A DNA stretch of 64,000 nucleotides from the IMG/VR virus record IMGVR_UViG_3300018080_000121, positions 57,293 to 121,292 of that record. The stretch is one strand, 5' to 3'. The translations under genes and the position numbers were made by a program. Shown here in pieces: positions 56,948 through 64,000 of the stretch. Source of the DNA: a virus. The notes beneath the pieces were generated by a model that was given only the letters and a program-made list of their open reading frames with translations, was not told the DNA's origin and made no database searches. How positions within the stretch are numbered: the first letter of the stretch is position 1; each line of letters opens with the position of its first letter.

Positions 56948-59479
56948 TTATTCTTGTGTAAGAATCCTTACAACAATATCATCTTCTGTGAAATATACCC
57001 ACTCAGGACCATATTCTAGAAGCTCTTGTTGTGAGAAGTCTGATATATTGAAATTAAAGAAAATGCTACTCTCAGGTTTTATTAACCTACAGTGTGATAC
57101 GCCAGTAACTCCTTGTACTACATCAATCATTTCTGTTCTATAAATGGCAATGTTAGGACCAAACCTGTCACTAAACGCCGATACTAATGCAGTTTTTATA
57201 TCTGCTGAGAGACCTGCATCTGATGTATCAGCGGTCGGATCTCTAAACACTTCTAGTTCAATTTGTAATGGGATGTCATATATTGGCGGCGCCCATCCAT
57301 ACTGCGTATAAATGTACTTATAAGGTTTAGAATCAATATTAACAATGTCATTTGCAGTCGGTTCGATATAGGTCCATGTGATACTTGTTGAATCTGTGCA
57401 TAAAGCAATCTGATCTCTTTTTCCTTCCCACTCTCCTCCTTCATTACCACTGATAATGTACCTATCAGAGATACTTGGCGACGTAGGAATGGATGTCAAA
57501 CCAATGTCTTTCACGTCGGGTCTTGTAACGTCGTTTCTTAGCATATTAGTCATAATCCCTGTCGCATTACAAAACTTAACATTGGTGAAGTCTGTCAACA
57601 TTCTATAGCTCTTTAAATCCATTGATGAGAGTAATGCTTGAAGAACTTGTAGTTCAAAATCTTGTTTCGTAACCCCATCATAATAACTCTTCTTAATTAC
57701 AGGAATATCATAAATTACTGTAGTTGTTCCGTCGTCGGATGTATTTGACATCATATAATCTGAAAGGTCATCTCGAAACGTGAATGCAACGGAATATTGG
57801 CTTATAAGCTGCTCATGAACTAAGTTGGGATTACTAAATGTAAAATAGTAAGTTTGCTCCCCTTCTGGAATTGTCATATAATTTGGGAACGTATATCTAA
57901 ATGTTCCAGCTTGTGCACCAGGAACATTTGTCATTGTATAAGTTGCGCTATTTGACAATATTTGCATCTCACATTCAACATCTGCAAAATCCAGTTCATT
58001 AGAATAGTATGTGAGTTCAAAAGTTGCTTCGTTTGTGGAGTCACTAACACTTACGGTTAATTCATTCGCATGGAAATGGTATGGGTCTTGTAAGTCATGC
58101 CCCCAACTTTGAATCAACAATGGAGTCAACTGAAGCTCATACATAATATAATGATAGTATGCTGCTTCGTTCATGCTATCCAATGTCATTTCAAATAGGG
58201 TAACATAATTTATACCATTTACAGATATAATTGTTCCTCGTGGTATATATGTAATTACTGAAGGTAATGTATACTTTGCATTTCTAGTAGGAACAATTTC
58301 ATCACCAAATAGAAGTACTGTAAAGAGTTGGATTTCATTTACTTTTAAATCAGATCTCTTTAAAACTGGAATGGAATTTTGTGCAACAGGAGCGTCATCC
58401 ACAATAGCTGCAATTCCTTCATAGTCACCCTCGGTAACAAGACGATTTAGAGCTGTAAGATTTGTTATGGAGTTTGACCGAATATCTTCTAATGATTCCT
58501 CATCTGCTCCACCTGTAGCTGGTGAAGGATTGGTTACAGTATAGTCGACTATAGTTGTGATGCCACTCTGTTGACTATATATTCTATCACCAGTTACAAT
58601 AGATCCAGCAATAACATTACCATCAGCACCTTCAGTTTCGTCTATACTTACAATAACCGTAGATCCTGGAAGTGGTTGTTGACCAATCAAACCATTTCCA
58701 AAATATAATCGCTTACCTTCGGAGGATGTTCTAACAACGTACCCGTAGTCGTCACTCCCCATCAAATATAAACTTGTAAATTCAGTATACAACCTACCAG
58801 TCGCACCACCACCTTCATCAGGATCTCTTACATATACTGTAATGTTAGCTACTTTTCCTTCAATTGGGACGTCAACTGTTGTAAACTGAAAGGGTTGTAG
58901 GTCTTCGTCAATTTGGAATTCTTGTTCAGTTGGTTTATACTGTCTAACTGGGAGTACAAATGTGAAAGTTTGATCTTCAGATGTTGTATCAATTCCAACT
59001 GGAACGTTGTATACACGACCGTCCTGATCTGCAGAAATACTTACACCTGTGTTATTTGTGATGGCAACTGTAGTTTCATAGTAAGTAATAAAAGTAATTC
59101 CATCGCTTGTGGAAAACTCGAACTCATCAGGAATTGTAAAAGTTGTATTCGGATCTGTAAATGGAAGAGGGACTGTCATTAGGACATTTGCTGTTGCGTA
59201 AGTTGCTTCTGAAGGTCTGTACCCAAGGAACGAACTTAGATTATGAATAGATTCTGGGAGTTGTGCTTTTGTTAAGAAGAACTCACGATATACATTGTCC
59301 TGATAGAACATCAAGTTTGATGTTAGAGCAGAAATTACGTCTATGACGTATGATAGGAATGATGACTGAGTAAGATCAACATTATCGAGCTCCATATACT
59401 GCTTAGTGTACTCAATAATCTGATTTCTTATCGAGTCTCTAGATGCATATACTTGTGAAGAAATAGGTGTATCAGCCAT
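56948..59479 (-). CDS. baseplate wedge protein (T4 gp6/baseplate J-like)
   Basis: EFFLTKAQLPESI..L...LGY.P..AT.A; LYFGNGLIGQQP; ATGGADEESLEDIR...LNRLVTEGDY. Confidence 0.85.
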   Translation of the reverse strand: MADTPISSQVYASRDSIRNQIIEYTKQYMELDNVDLTQSSFLSYVIDVISALTSNLMFYQDNVYREFFLTKAQLPESIHNLSSFLGYRPSEATYATANVLMTVPLPFTDPNTTFTIPDEFEFSTSDGITFITYYETTVAITNNTGVSISADQDGRVYNVPVGIDTTSEDQTFTFVLPVRQYKPTEQEFQIDEDLQPFQFTTVDVPIEGKVANITVYVRDPDEGGGATGRLYTEFTSLYLMGSDDYGYVVRTSSEGKRLYFGNGLIGQQPLPGSTVIVSIDETEGADGNVIAGSIVTGDRIYSQQSGITTIVDYTVTNPSPATGGADEESLEDIRSNSITNLTALNRLVTEGDYEGIAAIVDDAPVAQNSIPVLKRSDLKVNEIQLFTVLLFGDEIVPTRNAKYTLPSVITYIPRGTIISVNGINYVTLFEMTLDSMNEAAYYHYIMYELQLTPLLIQSWGHDLQDPYHFHANELTVSVSDSTNEATFELTYYSNELDFADVECEMQILSNSATYTMTNVPGAQAGTFRYTFPNYMTIPEGEQTYYFTFSNPNLVHEQLISQYSVAFTFRDDLSDYMMSNTSDDGTTTVIYDIPVIKKSYYDGVTKQDFELQVLQALLSSMDLKSYRMLTDFTNVKFCNATGIMTNMLRNDVTRPDVKDIGLTSIPTSPSISDRYIISGNEGGEWEGKRDQIALCTDSTSITWTYIEPTANDIVNIDSKPYKYIYTQYGWAPPIYDIPLQIELEVFRDPTADTSDAGLSADIKTALVSAFSDRFGPNIAIYRTEMIDVVQGVTGVSHCRLIKPESSIFFNFNISDFSQQELLEYGPEWVYFTEDDIVVRILTQE

Positions 59480-59488
59480 AAGTCCCTC

Positions 59489-60133
59489 TTAAACAGTGTA
59501 GAAGCCAGTATTTTCATCCCACATATTTTTTAATCGACCCTTTAATGATTCATTTTTGGACAACATTCTTGCTAACGTTGTTGCATCCTCCAAGGTATGT
59601 ACTTTCTTATCGTAATCAAAGAATACATATTGGTCTATTACTTGGTCATCTACATCTGCTAAATTTTTACTTTGATAAACTTTGATTTTCATTCTCCAAA
59701 AACGTCTATCTGTATTTGGATGAATTTCTACTCCCTTTACCATAAAAAGCGGATATACATTATTTGTAGGTCTTAAAAATTGTTGCTCTAGTTTTACAAT
59801 ATCTCCTGCGTATGGTGTTATCCCATAAGTGGAGGGAAATACCATTGTTGTTTCTTGTTCTTTTATATGTCCGATTTCTGAACCATCAAACCCTGTATTG
59901 ATCTCTTCTGTGAAATAAACGGGAAGAAGCAAGTATTTGTCGAATTTAATTCCTGTAAGTGATCCTGTTCTTTCATATGCGCCACCAAACATTTGGGTGT
60001 CATCCCAAATTGTTTCGTCCTTATTTAAGTTATAATAAGTTGTTAGAAATGCAACACCAACTTTACTATAATACTCGTATACGAGATTTTGGTATTCATG
60101 AATGTAGTGGTACAACCTTGTCCAATTTTGCAT
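59489..60133 (-). CDS. virion structural protein (putative)
   Basis: lies in the baseplate operon; 214 aa. Confidence 0.5.
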   Translation of the reverse strand: MQNWTRLYHYIHEYQNLVYEYYSKVGVAFLTTYYNLNKDETIWDDTQMFGGAYERTGSLTGIKFDKYLLLPVYFTEEINTGFDGSEIGHIKEQETTMVFPSTYGITPYAGDIVKLEQQFLRPTNNVYPLFMVKGVEIHPNTDRRFWRMKIKVYQSKNLADVDDQVIDQYVFFDYDKKVHTLEDATTLARMLSKNESLKGRLKNMWDENTGFYTV

Positions 60134-60137
60134 AATT

Positions 60138-60644
60138 CTACCTCATGAATTTTGAAAGAAATTTACTTAAAATACCATCTGTGTAAGCTTTATGTCTTTG
60201 AGCTGACATTTTTAAATGAGTCGGATTATCAAGGTATTCATCTTGATTAAAATCAAACTTTCCATCAATCATGTAAATCTTTACATTGCCTGTGCTATAA
60301 TTTGGATCAAAAGAAATGTCCAGGTTAGACTTTATATGTCTCCCTGGTTTCTTTAATTCCACTTTGTAATCGTTAATTGACGTCTGTCTAGCTACACAAG
60401 GAAGTGTTTCAACTGGTATAAATTTTTCCACCTTACTATAATGCTGAAGAAAAGATGGAAGCATTTCAATACCCATTCGAAGAATGAGTTGTGATGCAGA
60501 TCTACCATCCTTCATAGAGCCGATTAAATTTAGTACCATAAATGTCTTCGACAAAGGAACAACCAGAATTTGCTCATTACCAATATGCGTCTTTTTTAAT
60601 AATCCTTTGTACGTCTTTAGAACGCCATAAGTCAGAGTCTGCAT
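60138..60644 (-). CDS. hypothetical protein
   Basis: AAGGA RBS; 168 aa. Confidence 0.55.
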   Translation of the reverse strand: MQTLTYGVLKTYKGLLKKTHIGNEQILVVPLSKTFMVLNLIGSMKDGRSASQLILRMGIEMLPSFLQHYSKVEKFIPVETLPCVARQTSINDYKVELKKPGRHIKSNLDISFDPNYSTGNVKIYMIDGKFDFNQDEYLDNPTHLKMSAQRHKAYTDGILSKFLSKFMR

Positions 60645-60774
60645 GGTTTTTCCTTATGAAGTTATGTTCAGAACTAAAAAAATTCAAGTTCTAAGATATT
60701 GATTTTATTATTTTTTAAATATCCAAAAAATCGCGTTCTTTGTATATACAAGGACACAATTTTCTGTTTGTTTC

Positions 60775-61200
60775 TTAGAGAACGTTAAGGTACTTATTTT
60801 CATCAATTGCAATCGAAAGAGTACCTGTTTTGTCTTCATATTCTACTTCAATGTCTACAACAAATCCGTGTCGATCATGCATAAATTTTACATTAATGGA
60901 TGTAATTGTAGCTCGATCATCATATTTAGATATTCTATTCAAAACCTCAGCTTGGATTCTTTGAACAGTCCTGTCATCTGCAGGTTCAAATACATACTTA
61001 TATAATTCGCTTCCGTAAGCAGGATTATACAGATATGTTCTAAGAGGAGTCAAAAGAATATTATTCCATGATGACAAAATAACCTCAAGATCATTTACTC
61101 TAGCAAAATCACCACTAGATGAGATCACAGGAAGATAGTCAGCAATCTTTCCTTGAGAGCCAACTACGTTCTTTTGAAATCTTTCTAGTAGAGATGACAT
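60775..61200 (-). CDS. baseplate gp25/GPW-like protein
   Basis: NILLTPLRTYLYNPAYGSELYKYVFEP...ISKYDDRATI. Confidence 0.85.
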   Translation of the reverse strand: MSSLLERFQKNVVGSQGKIADYLPVISSSGDFARVNDLEVILSSWNNILLTPLRTYLYNPAYGSELYKYVFEPADDRTVQRIQAEVLNRISKYDDRATITSINVKFMHDRHGFVVDIEVEYEDKTGTLSIAIDENKYLNVL

Positions 61201-61415
61201 TATTTTTTCCTCTTCTCATCTATTAGTTTAAGTCTTTGTTCTTCTAAGTCAGACTTCCACTTCAGAAGATCATAGAACTTTTGTACAGGCATCATCATGA
61301 CACTGTAATATTGTTGTTTCAACATCTCTATACAAGCAAAGATACTCTCGTTTAGGGTTTTTCTATATTCCTCAACAGTATTAGGCTGAGTATACCATGC
61401 GAAAAAATTGGCCGA
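61200..61415 (-). CDS. gp51-like or chaperone-extension ORF lacking an early start codon
   Basis: ...EEYRKTLNESIFACIEMLKQQYYSVMMMPVQKFYDLLKWKSDLEEQRLKLIDEKRKK; TAATG overlap with the gp25-like start. Confidence 0.6.
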   Translation of the reverse strand, partial: SANFFAWYTQPNTVEEYRKTLNESIFACIEMLKQQYYSVMMMPVQKFYDLLKWKSDLEEQRLKLIDEKRKK

Positions 61416-62172
61416 CTAAATCAATGTCGACCACCTCCTCGAACCCGCAATGGATGCAGAAGGTCCTCATCTTTAAGTCAACACCATATTGACCCAGCTC
61501 TTCTTGATATTTTTTATGTATTGCTCGTTTATCTCTTGCTGGTAGAGATAGATACGCATCAAGTATGTCCACACTTTGAGTGTATTTCATTGGTTCTTTT
61601 GAATCTTTTTGATCTTGTTGAAACTCATCAATAATTAAAGTTTCAGAAACAACATCTACAGAAGATCCCGGTCTTCCACCAAGACTAGTAAGAGCATTAT
61701 ATTCATCTTCTAAAGATGGTTGTTTTACAATAGCCACAACACCCTTAGACATTGGAAGCTCAACTGGAATTCTTACTTTTAAGATGTCTTTCTTTGGATA
61801 ATTATTGAAATTGAATGTACTTGATGCTTGTACCGTAACTGGATAATCTTTTCTGCAAGAGGAACAAGTTACATCATAATTACGTATTTCCTCATACGTG
61901 ATGTGGTACAAACCATAGAGGAGGGCATCTCTGTCTTTGAGGGTACAATTTTTTAAGAACCCTTTGAAGTCCTTGATAGTTGCGGGTTTCTTAACAATTG
62001 CTTCGAAGATACACTTGTTTAAGTGCTCTGTTATCTTCGTCGGAGAAATCAAGCTACCTTTTAATCTCTCTTCTTCTTGAACACTTAAACTCCTTACACT
62101 GAACGACAAATTGGTTTGTGGTGTCTTAACCTCGTACTCAGGGTACTTGAGGTTGAATCCTGTAAATGGCAT
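61381..62172 (-). CDS. baseplate hub assembly or tail chaperone protein (T4 gp26-like)
   Basis: PEYEVKTP...VRSLSVQEE...TLKDRDALLYGL...CSSC...CIHCG...FFR. Confidence 0.7.
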   Translation of the reverse strand: MPFTGFNLKYPEYEVKTPQTNLSFSVRSLSVQEEERLKGSLISPTKITEHLNKCIFEAIVKKPATIKDFKGFLKNCTLKDRDALLYGLYHITYEEIRNYDVTCSSCRKDYPVTVQASSTFNFNNYPKKDILKVRIPVELPMSKGVVAIVKQPSLEDEYNALTSLGGRPGSSVDVVSETLIIDEFQQDQKDSKEPMKYTQSVDILDAYLSLPARDKRAIHKKYQEELGQYGVDLKMRTFCIHCGFEEVVDIDLVGQFFRMVYSA

Positions 62173-62186
62173 TTGAATCTCCTTTC

Positions 62187-62651
62187 TTATTCTTTATCTA
62201 GCCGTTTTTCTAGCTTCTTTAGCTTTTTCTTAATCTCTTTTTTTCTCGCTTTCAAGTTTTTAATAATTGTTTTACCAGCTTCTTTACACTTATCTGGATC
62301 TTTTTTGTCTTTGCAATCTTTTTGTCTTTTCTGAATAAATTTTAATCTTTTTTCTGTATCTTTTAATTTGGCTTTTTGAATGCAGATATCTCTTTTATCA
62401 GATATCTCAAGAGTTCCACATTTTTTATGAGCTTTGTCTGTTAATGATTTAATTGCCCTCCATAACAACCACACATTTTGTCCAACTAAAAATATTGCAA
62501 TATGATTCCAGATCGCATTAGCCTCATCAATAACTTGTTTATTGATGGCAGTACCAACTTTTTCCATATGTTGGTCAACTAAGGCTCTTACACGATCTTC
62601 ATGTCTCATATTGTCCTCAAAAAAACGCTGCTGGTGCACCATAAGATACAC
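62187..62651 (-). CDS. basic protein with four-Cys C-terminal domain
   Basis: KKCG...ICIQK...KDCKDKKDPDKCK. Confidence 0.6.
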   Translation of the reverse strand: MYLMVHQQRFFEDNMRHEDRVRALVDQHMEKVGTAINKQVIDEANAIWNHIAIFLVGQNVWLLWRAIKSLTDKAHKKCGTLEISDKRDICIQKAKLKDTEKRLKFIQKRQKDCKDKKDPDKCKEAGKTIIKNLKARKKEIKKKLKKLEKRLDKE

Positions 62652-62678
62652 CAGCAGCTATATTGTATGTTGAAGGAA

Positions 62679-63887
62679 CTAGATTCCTTTTGCTACTTCT
62701 TTGTCAATTTTTCGTTGCACGGTTGCTTTACATTGATAATTCTTACACTTACCAAGTCCCGCCTTCAATTTCGCAATTTTCGCAGATCTTGCGTCAGCCT
62801 TAAATTTAGCCATACAAGCGGTTTTATCATCACTTCCTTTGCACGCTTTAGCAGCTTTACTAAAATGTTTTTGATAAATCTTATTAGCAGCAATACCAAT
62901 AAGAGCTGCTGCGCCAATAGCCGCTGTTGCTTTTGCAGCACCTTTAGCTTGAGGAGTTAGTTTATTCCATCTACTTGTAATAGCGTCCTTTACTGCTTTT
63001 GTTACAGGAGTTCTCTTAGTGTCCTTGTCTTTCTTTTTAGATGAATCCTCTCCTCCAGAAGCTTGAGTTACAGTCCCACCTTCTGGAGTTTTTTCAGACT
63101 TGGCGACCGTGGGTTCTGGTTTCTCTGGTTTCGCCAATCCCTTCTTTGAAGGCATTGGTGGTTCTGGTGTCTTAGCCGCCACTACCTTGTCAGGAATTTT
63201 AGGATCTTTCTTGACAGGTTTTGTTTCTTTTGGTGCTTCGATCTTTTTCCTAACAACTTGAGTTTTTTTAGTAGGTTCTATTTTCTTATCTGAAGTTTCT
63301 TCTTTTTCACCCTTCTTGGACACATACCCTTTTAACTTCTTCCATTGAGTCTTAGCCCATTTAGCAACGGGATCATCTTTTCCCTTTTTTGCTTCGTATT
63401 CTTTTTGACGTCTTGCTAATTCTTCTTTGGAAGGAGGTTTTGGGAGTTTATTTTTTAGAACATGTTTTCCACCACTACTTGGATCAAATCCAATTTTTTC
63501 TTGGTGTATAGTTCTATGAATATGTCCAGATTGAATGTGAAACTCAAGGATAGGAGTTGCAGAGGACAAACCAAATTCATGGACCGGTCCCATCTCGAAG
63601 AGAAACGATTGAACAAGGTCATCATCTAGAGCCTCTAAGAGGCCCTCATTCTCCATTATTATGGATTGTCTGAGGGCCTCCCAAAGCATTTGCTCTCTTA
63701 CAGGATCATAATCAGTTGAAAGTTTTCCAGTAACCATCAATTCCATAATCTGATAGTCAGTGGCATCATTCTTGATAAATCTCCTGACATCGCTAAGACG
63801 ATCAACTTCAAGTGTTTCGTAATACTCACAAAGAGTACTTCTAGCAACCGTGAGGAATAGTAACGAATCCAGTACTGGATTGTTCAT
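62679..63887 (-). CDS. virion-type protein with acidic N-terminus, K/P/E-rich linker and four-Cys basic C-terminal domain
   Basis: AAKACKG...TACMAKFK...LGKCKNYQCK. Confidence 0.65.
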   Translation of the reverse strand: MNNPVLDSLLFLTVARSTLCEYYETLEVDRLSDVRRFIKNDATDYQIMELMVTGKLSTDYDPVREQMLWEALRQSIIMENEGLLEALDDDLVQSFLFEMGPVHEFGLSSATPILEFHIQSGHIHRTIHQEKIGFDPSSGGKHVLKNKLPKPPSKEELARRQKEYEAKKGKDDPVAKWAKTQWKKLKGYVSKKGEKEETSDKKIEPTKKTQVVRKKIEAPKETKPVKKDPKIPDKVVAAKTPEPPMPSKKGLAKPEKPEPTVAKSEKTPEGGTVTQASGGEDSSKKKDKDTKRTPVTKAVKDAITSRWNKLTPQAKGAAKATAAIGAAALIGIAANKIYQKHFSKAAKACKGSDDKTACMAKFKADARSAKIAKLKAGLGKCKNYQCKATVQRKIDKEVAKGI

Positions 63888-63908
63888 TGTAAAACCTCCG
63901 GTTCATTA

Positions 63909-64000
63909 TTATGCAAGTTTACCTTGAAGTTTCGAGATCTTTGCGTTGATGATAGATTTACATTTTGCAGGATTGTTGGTCTTTGCACAACCACCAATAC
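63909..64000 (-). CDS. partial gene (3' end), four-Cys basic-domain family
   Basis: ...IGGCAKTNNPAKCKSIINAKISKLQGKLA-stop. Confidence 0.6.
   Translation of the reverse strand, partial: IGGCAKTNNPAKCKSIINAKISKLQGKLA

Noticed and set aside
63000-63420. tandem DNA repeat in the K/P/E-rich region of 62679
   Set aside because: This is low-complexity protein linker with no exact nucleotide periodicity.
1-64000. stop-codon reassignment (alternative genetic code)
   Set aside because: Conserved genes are full length in code 11, and TAA, TAG and TGA all terminate genes with coupled downstream starts.

Overview
This window is a piece of a large (jumbo-type) tailed phage genome, about 35-40% GC by eye, using the standard genetic code with strong GGAGG ribosome-binding sites. 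Bases 1-46.4 kb (all + strand) hold replication, transcription and accessory genes. These include a two-subunit T4-like topoisomerase II, an SF2 helicase, Mre11/Rad50, a compact bacterial-like RNA polymerase in beta'-then-beta order, QueD, FolE2, CoaD, a phosphoribosyltransferase, a methyltransferase, an HD hydrolase and an SPFH protein. Bases 46.4-64 kb hold virion genes: terminase, tape measure-like protein, baseplate wedge, gp25-like and gp26-like proteins, with a convergent strand switch at 55.84 kb. Five observations stand out. (1) An apparently complete phage-encoded ubiquitin-like conjugation cassette: E2(D)-JAB-E1-Ubl ending GRKG, then a second E1-E2-like pair, directly upstream of the RNA polymerase. 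(2) Nine otherwise unrelated acidic proteins share the N-terminal tag M[KR][KR][KR]xDFVTNSS[ST]xS[FY] and lie near two SPASM/Twitch radical SAM enzymes. (3) A circularly permuted tRNA-like RNA (3' half with CCA precedes the 5' half, no normal anticodon loop) resembles YrlA or a permuted tRNA. (4) A candidate programmed +1 frameshift at TTT TTT C in the gp26-like gene. (5) A second structured-RNA candidate at 42.15-42.33 kb. All calls come from motif recognition by eye; no database searches were run.
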